Source: Clostridium scatologenes (GTDB lineage: Bacteria > Bacillota > Clostridia > Clostridiales > Clostridiaceae). From it: a stretch of 32,000 nt of DNA. The notes beneath the pieces were generated by a model. The model searched no databases. It was not told where the DNA came from and saw nothing but the letters and a program-made list of their open reading frames with translations. Shown here in pieces: positions 18,266-27,393 of the stretch. A program made the position numbers and the translations under genes. The stretch lies in assembly GCF_000968375.1 (NCBI RefSeq), contig NZ_CP009933.1, forward strand, positions 4,318,787 through 4,350,786. The letters are read 5' to 3'. How positions within the stretch are numbered: the first letter of the stretch is position 1; every line of letters starts with the position of its first letter.

Positions 18266-19768
18266 CTATTTAAATTTAGGTATTTGAAAATTTAATTTTA
18301 TATCCTTAACCTGATCTATGATATTTGTTATTCCCTTTATCATATTAGGAATTTGTTTATATGACCAAGCTACATCTGTAGCATATTGATGCTCTCCTGG
18401 ATTAGAAGGATTCCATCTCATTTTATATAGAGTATCTTGCTTTCCATTAGGATTATTTATATATTTTGATGCAATCCACTGAGTTCCACCATTGATTGCA
18501 TCCTCTGGGGTAAGCCATTTGTTATCATAAGCAGCTTTAGTTCCATAATAATTAGGATCTTTATCATATGCACCTATTCCAAAGAAATTATATACAGGTG
18601 CACCAAAAATATACTTACCACTGCTATCTTTTTGTCCACCATTAGCCAATAATGATGTTCCATTACCAGTTTCTAATAAAGAATGTGAAATTAAATATAC
18701 AATATTTACATTATTATTTTTAGCAGCATCTAAAAATGCTTGTCCTTTTCCATCTAAAATCCCTTTACCTTTTAAGATACTATTAACTTGATCTACATTC
18801 ATACCATCTGTATAACTTAATTTTAAAAACTGATATTTTCCATATGAATCCATAAAATTATTAGGATCTAAATAGTATTTAATCTGATTTTTACTTGCAG
18901 CATTATTAAAATCATTAGTTTCCACAAAAACTGACTTATCACTTAACTTTGTTTGAATATCTGTCATTTGATCCACAGAAATATTATAATTTTCATATTC
19001 ATTATTATTTGTATCTGCACTATTTATGCATCTAAAATAGTCAACATAATAGTTATCATAATCTGTATTTATGTCTTTATGCGTTCCAACGTTTCCCAAC
19101 TTTTTAACATACATTAAAACTTTATACTTTTGACCACTTGATCCTGCATCTAAAGTTTTATTAGCTGTTATTTTTCCATCAGAAGATTTAGTATATCCGT
19201 TAGTAACTTCTGTGTAACTATCTTTATCCATGGAATAACTATGTACAAAAATTCTATACTCAACATCTTGTCCAATATTAGTTTTTAAATTAAAAACTTG
19301 TTTTTGGGTAGATAGAAGTGGTAAATACTCAAACTTACATGAAACTATTTGTGGTAAATTTTCATAATTACTACCATCCTCATATTTATTATTAGTAGTA
19401 AACTGCATTTCCATTGGAGAGCTAAGTTTCTTACCATCTATTGATTGAACATCCGTACCTATTATCAAATTATATTTTTTATTTGGTTCGTATCCTGAAA
19501 CTTCGGGGCTTATTACTACAGTATCAGGACTTTTACCCATGGTTACGCTTACAGGTATAATCTTGTTATTCTCATCTTTCACAGTTATACTTTTATCATT
19601 AATTGTATCTACCTTTAAAGATGCATTAAATTTTACATTCCATTCCTTACTAGTAGTAATATTAACCTTGGGACTACTCAATGACAAACCCTCTGCTGAA
19701 ACCTTAGTAGTAACTATAGTTAAAGAACATATCAAAGTAAAGATAATCATTTTTATTTTTTTATTCAT
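18266..19768 (-). CDS. secreted peptidoglycan hydrolase, C-terminal GH73 mannosyl-glycoprotein endo-beta-N-acetylglucosaminidase domain
   Basis: Signal peptide (...TTKVSAEG), an N-terminal Ig-like segment, and the GH73 signature AFLDAAKNNNVNIVYLISHSLLETGNGTS. Confidence 0.85.
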   Translation of the reverse strand: MNKKIKMIIFTLICSLTIVTTKVSAEGLSLSSPKVNITTSKEWNVKFNASLKVDTINDKSITVKDENNKIIPVSVTMGKSPDTVVISPEVSGYEPNKKYNLIIGTDVQSIDGKKLSSPMEMQFTTNNKYEDGSNYENLPQIVSCKFEYLPLLSTQKQVFNLKTNIGQDVEYRIFVHSYSMDKDSYTEVTNGYTKSSDGKITANKTLDAGSSGQKYKVLMYVKKLGNVGTHKDINTDYDNYYVDYFRCINSADTNNNEYENYNISVDQMTDIQTKLSDKSVFVETNDFNNAASKNQIKYYLDPNNFMDSYGKYQFLKLSYTDGMNVDQVNSILKGKGILDGKGQAFLDAAKNNNVNIVYLISHSLLETGNGTSLLANGGQKDSSGKYIFGAPVYNFFGIGAYDKDPNYYGTKAAYDNKWLTPEDAINGGTQWIASKYINNPNGKQDTLYKMRWNPSNPGEHQYATDVAWSYKQIPNMIKGITNIIDQVKDIKLNFQIPKFK

Positions 19769-19972
19769 AATCTACCCTCCATTTTTTTCTATATAATAAT
19801 ATATTAAAAAACTTCTACATTTATTTAAATAATTTTACCCCCATATTATGAATATTCGTCTATTTTATATAAAACTTGCTAACTAGCTAAAAAATTTGAT
19901 ATCATTTATAAATAATACTTTAAAATTTGCATATAACTAAATCACTAACAAAGGGAAGGAGATTTTATTGAG

Positions 19973-20743
19973 TTGCATAAAAATATAATAAGCCTTAATG
20001 AAAATTCAGATTCTATGAGAATAAACAAATTTATAAGTGAGAAAGGTATTTGTTCTAGAAGAGAAGCTGATACATTAATACAAGAAAAAAGAGTTACTAT
20101 AAATGGCATCACGGCAGAATTAGGCTCTAGAGTAAAGCCTAATGATGAAGTGAAATTAGACGGTAAACTTCTTACTAAAAAAGATGATAAGGTGTATATT
20201 GCTCTAAATAAACCTGTAGGTATAATATGCACTACTGAAAAAAAAATTAAAAATAATATAGTGGATTTTGTTAACTATCCTAAAAGAATATTTCACATTG
20301 GAAGGCTAGATAAAGATTCAGAAGGATTAATATTTTTAACCAATGATGGTGATATTGTAAATAAGATTTTAAGGGCTGGCAACAATCATGAAAAAGAATA
20401 TATTGTTACTGTTGATAAATGTATTACAAATTCATTTTTAAAGGAAATGTCCTGTGGTGTTAGCATATTAAATACTGTAACTAAACCTTGTAAAGTGTAT
20501 AAAGAAGGTTCTCACGTATTTAGAATAATATTAACTCAAGGACTAAACAGACAAATTAGAAGGATGTGTGAGGTATTAGGTTACAATGTGTTAAAGCTAA
20601 AAAGAATTAGAATAATGAATATAACGTTGAAAGATATTCCTGTAGGTAAATGGAGATACTTAACTTCAAACGAACTAAAAACTATAAACAAATTAACTTC
20701 TACTTCTATAAAAACTGAAGAAGCTTCTTTATCCGATAATTAG
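19973..20743 (+). CDS. rluF: RsuA/RluF-family pseudouridine synthase with S4 domain
   Basis: S4 domain [21 protein letters not shown] and catalytic [19 protein letters not shown]. The TTG start at 19973 (GGAG 11 nt upstream) is uncertain; the internal ATG at 20015 has no SD. RluF versus RluB/RsuA is not discriminated. Confidence 0.8.
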   Translation: MHKNIISLNENSDSMRINKFISEKGICSRREADTLIQEKRVTINGITAELGSRVKPNDEVKLDGKLLTKKDDKVYIALNKPVGIICTTEKKIKNNIVDFVNYPKRIFHIGRLDKDSEGLIFLTNDGDIVNKILRAGNNHEKEYIVTVDKCITNSFLKEMSCGVSILNTVTKPCKVYKEGSHVFRIILTQGLNRQIRRMCEVLGYNVLKLKRIRIMNITLKDIPVGKWRYLTSNELKTINKLTSTSIKTEEASLSDN

Positions 20744-20763
20744 GTTTTCGGATAAAGAAGCTT
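20721..20763. terminator. 16-bp perfect hairpin between convergent rluF-like and deacetylase genes
   Basis: AAGCTTCTTTATCCGA-11 nt-TCGGATAAAGAAGCTT. The left arm is the last codons of the rluF-like CDS. The T-tails are weak. Confidence 0.55.
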
Positions 20764-20767
20764 ATGT

Positions 20768-21709
20768 TTATTGCCCTTTAACTTTCTTTTTGCTAATAGT
20801 ATTAGTACTAACATTATAATTTAAATCACTTATTCTTCTTTCAAATTCTTTTATATCATGATTTGCTGAAATATATACTCTATTTAATGTGTATATACCT
20901 TGACTTTTATTAGACCAACCGCTTTCAGTAGTAAAAGCCATAACATATCCTGCATCATTAGCTGCCTTTACAGTATCTTTGTTGCATTTTCCATAAGGAT
21001 AACCTATATACTTTACCTTTTTATTAAGAAGCTTATCTAAAAACTCCTTTGAACCTTTTAATGTTTCAAGTTGTTTATCATATGGCAATTCACTTAATTT
21101 ATCATGATTTAAAGTATGGCTTTCTATATCTATACCATTATGCTGCATTTCCTTTAATTGGGCTGAAGTTAAAAAACCTTTATCCTTGTCTATACAATTA
21201 GTAATAATAAATATGGTAGCTTTAAATCCGAACTCCTTTAATACAGGGTAAGCATTTTCATAATTATCCTTATAACCATCATCAAAAGTTAAAACTATAG
21301 ACTTTTCAGGAACAGGTTTATTGTTAGACATAAAATTATACAATTCCCCCAAAGTTAACGTTGTATAACCATTATCCTTTAAATATTTCATTTGCTCTCT
21401 AAATTTTTCTTTAGGAACTCTAAGCTCATTTCCTGCTTCATAATCAATTGAATGATACATAATTACAGGTATAGATTTATCATTATATTTCAGGACCCCA
21501 TCTTTAAATTCTCTATCCTTTTCATTATTTTGTGAAGTTTCATTTTTTTCCTTTGATGCACTAATTTCTTTAGTATCACTAACTTGTTGTTTTGTAGTTT
21601 TTTCACTATGAGATTTTGCATTTTTTCCATTAATAAAATTATAGCTCAAAACTCCAATCATAAGAACAATGACCATTAATAATGTCAACTTTTTATAATT
21701 TCTATTCAT
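20768..21709 (-). CDS. polysaccharide deacetylase (NodB homology domain), membrane-anchored
   Basis: LTFDDGYKDNYENAYPVLKEFGFKATIF and HT.NH motifs, with an N-terminal TM helix. Confidence 0.88.
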   Translation of the reverse strand: MNRNYKKLTLLMVIVLMIGVLSYNFINGKNAKSHSEKTTKQQVSDTKEISASKEKNETSQNNEKDREFKDGVLKYNDKSIPVIMYHSIDYEAGNELRVPKEKFREQMKYLKDNGYTTLTLGELYNFMSNNKPVPEKSIVLTFDDGYKDNYENAYPVLKEFGFKATIFIITNCIDKDKGFLTSAQLKEMQHNGIDIESHTLNHDKLSELPYDKQLETLKGSKEFLDKLLNKKVKYIGYPYGKCNKDTVKAANDAGYVMAFTTESGWSNKSQGIYTLNRVYISANHDIKEFERRISDLNYNVSTNTISKKKVKGQ

Positions 21710-21832
21710 ATTTTCACTTCTTTCCTAATTTTCATTTATGTACAAAACACATTATATTCTTGTAGATAAATTTTATTATAATATAAATTATGTTTAATTT
21801 ATACTAGGAATATGTAAATTTTCATTAGAAAG

Positions 21833-22150
21833 TTGTCCACATTATTAACATTTTACATGTTAATAACTTGTTAATACAAATTAAATTTATTTTTCTTTTT
21901 TTCATGTTATTGAGCAAAACATTATAGTCCTTAATAACTTATACATTTTATCAATATTATTAAACATATTAATTTACTACATATTCTAAAAGTTATCAAC
22001 ATTATCCACAGATAGCTTGTTCATAACTTGTGAAATTCACAGTAAATTACTAAATATTCATTAAAAACATCACTAAACAGATCAGTTTCTTATAAAATAT
22101 ATTAATATTTATACACATTATCAACAATTATGTGGACAACTTGTGCATAA
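21833..22150. promoter_or_regulatory. DnaA-box cluster 1 (7 boxes with at most 1 mismatch to TTATCCACA)
   Basis: Boxes are 21833-41 TTGTCCACA, 21993-22001 TTATCAACA abutting 22002-10 TTATCCACA (perfect), 22109-17 TTATACACA abutting 22118-26 TTATCAACA, 22131-39 TGTGGACAA (reverse) and 22142-50 TGTGCATAA (reverse). Confidence 0.7.
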
Positions 22151-22527
22151 CTCAACATTTTTTATTAATTTTTCGGATTTACTTTAACATATATGATATA
22201 AACATCATATACTATACTATGCAAAGCCTACTGATATAGTTGATTTTTTTCTTTTTAATGCTAAGTTTCATTAAATTATAATATGAAAAATTTAAAATTA
22301 ATTGAAACTTAGCAACTACATAAATATGTACTAATATCATCTAAATAATCTTATTATATATTTTCATAATTTTAATGAATATTTTCTCATAGTTAAGTTT
22401 ATCCTATAATATAGCTTATAATTTTGCAATATGTTTCCGATAATATTTTTTGAATTTTCTTAACATTTTCAAACTTTTATGTTATTATTTTATTATAGTA
22501 TATATTTTCATGAAGGGTGGGAATATT

Positions 22528-22704
22528 ATGAGAGATAAAGTTATTTTCGTAGATTTTACTAAAAATAAAAATAAAAAACAATCCATGTTATCCATGTTAA
22601 AAAGCTTCTTTAGAAAAATATTTAACTCTGCAAATACTCCATCTAATCCATCTGATCCAAGTGATACTAAAAAAGTTATACATTACAACCGAGACATCTC
22701 CTAA
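22528..22704 (+). CDS. hypothetical small protein (58 aa) with PSNPSDPSD repeat
   Basis: ATG lies 6 nt after GGGTGGG and the gene has its own strong terminator. The sequence is MRDKVIFVDFTKNKNKKQSMLSMLKSFFRKIFNSANTPSNPSDPSDTKKVIHYNRDIS. The 84-aa listed ORF begins at an upstream TTG without an SD. Confidence 0.55.
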   Translation: MRDKVIFVDFTKNKNKKQSMLSMLKSFFRKIFNSANTPSNPSDPSDTKKVIHYNRDIS

Positions 22705-22731
22705 GGTGCAATGATTATGCACCTTTTTTTT
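22703..22731 (+). terminator. rho-independent terminator of the small ORF
   Basis: AAGGTGCA-ATGATTA-TGCACCTT plus a T8 run. Confidence 0.85.
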
Positions 22732-22770
22732 ATGTGATAAAATATAAATAAAAACTTTGGAGGTTTTATT

Positions 22771-23244
22771 ATGCGAATAGGAATAGGTTATGATGTACAT
22801 AAACTTGTTGAAAATAGACTTCTCATTCTTGGCGGAGTAAATATACCTTATGACAAAGGATTATTAGGACATTCTGATGCAGATGTACTCTTACATGCAA
22901 TAATGGACAGCTTGCTTGGTTCTTTATCTTTAGGTGATATAGGTAAACATTTTCCAGATACAAATTCTTGTTACAAAAATATTTCTAGCTTAGTATTATT
23001 AAAAAAAGTAGGTGAATTAATAAATATAAAAGGGTACATGATTGAAAATATAGATTCCATTATAATTGCCCAATCTCCTAAATTATCATCTTTCATTGAC
23101 GATATGAAAAAAAACATAGCTGAAGCTTTAAGAATAGATATTGATAAAGTAAGTGTAAAAGCAACTACTGAAGAAGGATTAGGCTTTACAGGCAAAAAAG
23201 AAGGAATATCTGCTCAAAGTGTATGTTTAGTTGAAAAAATCTAA
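22771..23244 (+). CDS. ispF: 2-C-methyl-D-erythritol 2,4-cyclodiphosphate synthase
   Basis: [12 protein letters not shown]...[12 protein letters not shown]...DIG signature. SD GGAGG is upstream. Confidence 0.95.
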   Translation: MRIGIGYDVHKLVENRLLILGGVNIPYDKGLLGHSDADVLLHAIMDSLLGSLSLGDIGKHFPDTNSCYKNISSLVLLKKVGELINIKGYMIENIDSIIIAQSPKLSSFIDDMKKNIAEALRIDIDKVSVKATTEEGLGFTGKKEGISAQSVCLVEKI

Positions 23245-23253
23245 GCTGAATAA

Positions 23254-23298
23254 AATAAGAAATACAGGAACTATTAATTCCTGCATTTCTTATTTTTT
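23254..23298. terminator. bidirectional terminator (ispF / AI-2E transporter convergent)
   Basis: AATAAGAAATACAGGAA-7 nt-TTCCTGCATTTCTTATT (17 bp, 1 mismatch) followed by a T-run. Confidence 0.8.
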
Positions 23299-24305
23299 AT
23301 TAAGATTTATACCAACCATATGCAAAATAAACATAAATAAAGGTATCCCAATTAAAAGCCCCCACATACCCATAAAATGCTGAGATATTATTAATACTAT
23401 AAAAACAAAAAAAACAGGTATCTTAGTTTTGGAAGACATAAATTGAGGTGTTAAGACATAATTTTCTAATGCACATAAAATTATTATCATTGATATTACA
23501 TATGCAACTTTAACCATACCTCCAATATTAAAAGCAATTACAGAAAGAGGAATTAAGGAAATAATGATACCTCCAATTGGGATTAAACTAAATATAAATA
23601 TCATAAATGAAAGTGCAATAGATTCAGGAAAATTCATTATGCTTAACATTATTAATGAAAGAATAGTGTTAGTAACCGCAATTAATATTTGAAGCTGAAC
23701 AACCTTACCAAAAAAATTAAAAAGTCCTTCCAAAATAATACTACATACTTATACATTATTGAAATCTTACTGGTTTTAAACTTAATTAGAAATCTTCTGA
23801 CGTTAGTTCTCTCAAGCATAAAAAATAAACTTAATACTAACGCTAAAATTATATTTATTCCCCACTTTCCTAAACTTGTAATAAATTGAACTATAGTACT
23901 TACTTCATTTTTTAAATAACCTTTTATATCAACATTTCCTACTAAAGGATACAAATACTGCTGTACTTTGTTTATATTATGTTGAGACTTTCCTCCCATA
24001 AATCCATTAGCTAATATTATACTTTGATTTACTATTAAAGGAATATATTTATATACAAAATACACTAAAAGTGTAAAAATTACAAAATATAAAACTATAG
24101 TCAAAAACATTTCTTTTAACTTTATATACTTTCTCAAATTAATTATAATAGTCTTTTCTAAACTATAAATTAAATATGTAAATAAAAATGTTAATAAGAA
24201 TAAATCAATAATATTTTTTAATGCATAAATAAGTATTGCTACTATTATAAAGACTGATATTTCCTTAGTTGTTTCTCTTTTAAATATTTCTCTAAGAAAA
24301 CTCAT
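23290..24305 (-). pseudogene. AI-2E (PerM/UPF0118) family transporter split by a frameshift
   Basis: A 207-aa N-terminal ORF (23682-24305) and a 147-aa C-terminal ORF (23290-23733) overlap by 52 nt in different frames. Together they total about 354 aa, which is the normal family length. T-runs (TTATTTTGG, AATTTTTTTGG) lie in the overlap. Confidence 0.75.
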
Positions 24306-24448
24306 GTATTTATCATCTCCATGTATATACTTAATTATAAAATCCTTTTATTTAATTTTACTTTTAATAATAATATACGTCAATATTACTTTCAAAACTT
24401 CAAAATTTATGTGATTTTATAAATCTATTTTTCAGCAATCTACACAAT

Positions 24449-24486
24449 AAAACCTTATGTAACTATTGTTTTTTACATAAGGCTTT
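24449..24486 (-). terminator. rho-independent terminator of the OTCase gene
   Basis: CCTTATGTAA-10 nt-TTACATAAGG. The minus strand is followed by TTTTATTG. Confidence 0.7.
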
Positions 24487-24519
24487 TAATAAATTCATTA
24501 ATTTAATATTAATACTATC

Positions 24520-25518
24520 TTATTTTCCTAAAGTTGCTACCATAACTGCTTTTATTGTATGCATTCTATTTTCAGCTTCATCAAACACCAATGAATACTC
24601 ACTTTCAAATACTTCATTAGTAACCTCCATACAATCTAATCCATATTTATTGTATATTTGTTCTCCTACTTTAGTACTTGTATCATGAAATGCTGGCAAA
24701 CAATGAAGAAACTTAACATTTGCATTAAGAGTATTTTTAATCATATCCATATTTACCTGATATGGCTTTAAAAGCTCTATACGTTCCTCCCATTCTTCTT
24801 CTGGCTCACCCATTGATAACCAAACATCCGTATATACTACATCCACATGCTCTACACCTTTTTTTATATCATCTGTAATAGTTATGTTTCCTCCATTTTG
24901 CTTAGCAACCACACTACATTTTTCTAATATCTCTGAATGTGGAAATAATTCTTTTGGCGCTACTATTCTAAAGTCCATTCCCATCTTTGATGCACCTATC
25001 ATAAGAGCATTGGCCATATTGTTCCTACCATCACCAACATATACAAATTTTACTTGATTCAATGGTTTGTTGATATTTTCTTTTATAGTTAAAAAATCTG
25101 CTAAAACTTGAGTTGGATGATCCTCATCAGTTAATCCATTCCATACAGGTACTCCTGAATATTTTGCCAAGGTTTCTACAACTTTTTGACTATATCCTCT
25201 ATATTCTATACCATCATACATTCTTCCCAAAACCCTTGCAGTATCTGCTATAGATTCCTTTTTCCCCATTTGACTTCCCGTCGGCCCAATGTATGTGATA
25301 TTTGCACCTTGATCCATTGCCCCAACTTCAAAAGCACATCTAGTTCTTGTAGAATCCTTTTGAAATAACAATACTATATTTTTTCCTTTCAGCATTTGTT
25401 TTTCAGTCCCTGTATATTTTGCATTCTTTAGTTCCTTTGATAAATTTATTAAAAAATTTATCTCTTTAGGTGTAAAATCCATTAAAGTTAAAAAACTTCT
25501 ATTCTTTAAATTAAACAC
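24520..25518 (-). CDS. argF: ornithine carbamoyltransferase
   Basis: STRTR, HPTQ, SMG and HCLPA motifs. GTG start lies 8 nt after GGGGG. Anabolic (argF) versus catabolic (arcB) is not resolvable from sequence alone. Confidence 0.93.
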   Translation of the reverse strand: MFNLKNRSFLTLMDFTPKEINFLINLSKELKNAKYTGTEKQMLKGKNIVLLFQKDSTRTRCAFEVGAMDQGANITYIGPTGSQMGKKESIADTARVLGRMYDGIEYRGYSQKVVETLAKYSGVPVWNGLTDEDHPTQVLADFLTIKENINKPLNQVKFVYVGDGRNNMANALMIGASKMGMDFRIVAPKELFPHSEILEKCSVVAKQNGGNITITDDIKKGVEHVDVVYTDVWLSMGEPEEEWEERIELLKPYQVNMDMIKNTLNANVKFLHCLPAFHDTSTKVGEQIYNKYGLDCMEVTNEVFESEYSLVFDEAENRMHTIKAVMVATLGK

Positions 25519-25578
25519 TTAAATACCCCCTTCATATTATATAATTCTAATCTATGTAAAATTATAATTATTCTTTAT

Positions 25579-25596
25579 TATGTATATTTATACATA
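25579..25596. promoter_or_regulatory. ARG-box-like palindrome (candidate ArgR/AhrC operator)
   Basis: TATGTATA-TT-TATACATA fits wnTGnATwwwwATnCAnw with a symmetric A-to-T change relative to TGAAT/ATTCA. It lies 61-78 bp upstream of the argF start. Confidence 0.45.
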
Positions 25597-25802
25597 CATT
25601 ATATATTATATTTAAAAAAATTTCTAGTATATTTTATTTAAATATCTTATTTTTGTTTCATAAAACAAAAAATACTAGGTAAATTTAAACTACACTCTAA
25701 TAATTAAATTGAGTGTAGTTCAAATTCACCTAGTTAATCTTTAATAAATATTTATACAATAAATTAGACGTTATACAGAACCCCTACTATATTTCTATGA
25801 AC

Positions 25803-26399
25803 TTAAATGTTATCTTCATAATTATCTACTATACTTTGTACTAGTTTCTTTATAGCACTAGCCTGACAAATTAAAGTCATTACTATAAAAAAGATCTTTA
25901 TTCGTTCTTGTTCACCTTTTTTTAAATTCATGTCCTCTACTATCTTATCAATTTTCACTGCATCAAAATGCTGTTTTGATATAAATTCTTCAAAACTATC
26001 TTGTTGTATATCCGAAAAATTTTTATAAGCTTTTTCCCAGGATATAATATCATCATCTCTGTCATTTATATCATTAAAAGCCAAGCAAAAAACCTTTTTT
26101 ATTTCCTGAGTGGTAAGTATTGGTCTCATATAACTAAGAAGTACTAATTGTGCTAAATGCAGCTTAGTATATCCTCTCTTTTTTCCATCCTCCGGTTTTG
26201 ATATGATTTCATTTTTAATGTAATTTTGAACTATATTATTAGTATATTTTTCATCTAAAAATTTATCATTAAGGTAATCTATAACCTGTGACAAAAATAA
26301 ATCATATCTTGGTAAATCCTCATAAGACACTATAGTATTTTCAGATATATCCTTAGCAATCTCATCTATAGATTCCATAGTAAATTTATCTTTTTTCAT
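25803..26399 (-). CDS. DUF1836 (B. subtilis YkrK-like) putative DNA-binding protein
   Basis: The central motif TNNIVQNYIKNEIISKP..GKKRGYTKLHLAQLVLLSYMRPILTTQEIKKVF matches my memory of the DUF1836 signature (MINNYVK..LLPPP.KKKY.R.HLA.L..I..LK). Confidence 0.7.
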   Translation of the reverse strand: MKKDKFTMESIDEIAKDISENTIVSYEDLPRYDLFLSQVIDYLNDKFLDEKYTNNIVQNYIKNEIISKPEDGKKRGYTKLHLAQLVLLSYMRPILTTQEIKKVFCLAFNDINDRDDDIISWEKAYKNFSDIQQDSFEEFISKQHFDAVKIDKIVEDMNLKKGEQERIKIFFIVMTLICQASAIKKLVQSIVDNYEDNI

Positions 26400-26407
26400 A
26401 TAATAAC

Positions 26408-26450
26408 CTTGATTCTTAAATTTATTTTTAATTTTAAAATAAGAATCAAG
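26408..26450. promoter_or_regulatory. perfect 11-bp inverted repeat (21-nt spacer) abutting the DUF1836 gene start
   Basis: CTTGATTCTTA-N21-TAAGAATCAAG, located 9 nt upstream of the DUF1836 ATG and overlapping its weak SD. Confidence 0.6.
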
Positions 26451-26812
26451 TTTTCACCACCTTTCCTTTATAAATAGTATTATTAACACATTTTATATTA
26501 ACTTATATTCTATACATACTTTTCTACACTTACATTATAAGGTACATATAAACTCTTTACAACTTAAAAAACTATGCATTATGTCGCATATCACACTAAA
26601 ATCTTAAGATATATAGTGATATTCTTATCCTTACACTTAATAATCAGTTTAAAAGGTTACAATTTCATTAAAATGGGATATTTTAAATATTGTTATAAAG
26701 TATAATATACTGTATAATGGTTTTATAATTAAATTTACAAAATTTTATTATTATTTCTATCCAATAATACGATATAATATGCTAACATATAATAAAAAGC
26801 AATCCTATTTTC

Positions 26813-27376
26813 TTGGGGGTGAACAAAATAAATAAGAAAAGATTTTTTATATGCTTATTACTTGCTTTTTTATTCTTATCAACAGATATTTTTAATCCTC
26901 AATTAGCAAGTACTTTAGGTATAAATAATGATTATACTATAGCTTATGCTAAAGGATCCGGAAGTTCCAAAAGCTCAGGCGGTAGTTTTAAATCCGGAAG
27001 CTTCTCTTCCCCTAAATCTTCTAGTAGTTCTGGAAGTTCTTCGTCATCTAAGTCTTCATCGGGAAGCTCTAAATCCTCAACTGGGGATTTTAAATCCGGA
27101 AATTTTTCAAATTCGCCTAAATCCTCTTCGGGAAGCTCTAATTCACAAACATCAAACAGTAGTTCAAATAGTGGAACATCTCGAAGTTATGATAGTGGAA
27201 CTAAACGATCATTTTTACCTATTCCAATACCTATACCTATCCCTTGGGGACATGGATATAGTTCCGGTTATGGTTATAATAGTACCGGAAGCTTTTTAGG
27301 AACCATATTCAAGTTTATAATCTTTGTAATAATAATATTATTTATTATTAGATTAATAAAAAATAGAAGAAGATAA
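26813..27376 (+). CDS. Ser-rich low-complexity membrane protein (N-terminal signal/TM, C-terminal TM anchor followed by KNRRR)
   Basis: 187-aa ORF (start TTG 26813 or GTG 26819 uncertain) with about 95 aa of S/G/K-rich sequence and an internal duplication (GSFKSG.FS..PKSSS / GDFKSGNFSNSPKSSS). This is followed by IPIPIPIPWGHGYSSGYGYN and a C-terminal TM helix. The stop is 17 nt before pspA. Confidence 0.65.
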   Translation: MGVNKINKKRFFICLLLAFLFLSTDIFNPQLASTLGINNDYTIAYAKGSGSSKSSGGSFKSGSFSSPKSSSSSGSSSSSKSSSGSSKSSTGDFKSGNFSNSPKSSSGSSNSQTSNSSSNSGTSRSYDSGTKRSFLPIPIPIPIPWGHGYSSGYGYNSTGSFLGTIFKFIIFVIIILFIIRLIKNRRR

Positions 27377-27393
27377 TTAAGGAGGATTTTACT

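Noticed and set aside
21833-22450. Could DnaA-box cluster 1 plus the adjacent AT-rich DNA be the chromosomal oriC or a second origin?
   Set aside because: No dnaA, dnaN or rpmH is in the window. I see no DnaA-trio-like 3-nt periodic element next to the boxes and no clear unwinding-element repeats. The gene context (metG, rsmA, abrB) corresponds to a region tens of kb from oriC in B. subtilis. A non-origin DnaA-box cluster is the more conservative reading.
26946-27299. 117-aa alternative-frame ORF inside the Ser-rich gene.
   Set aside because: It is on the same strand, out of frame, with no SD, and arises from the repetitive AGC/TCT-rich sequence. The Ser-rich frame has the signal and TM features and operon spacing.
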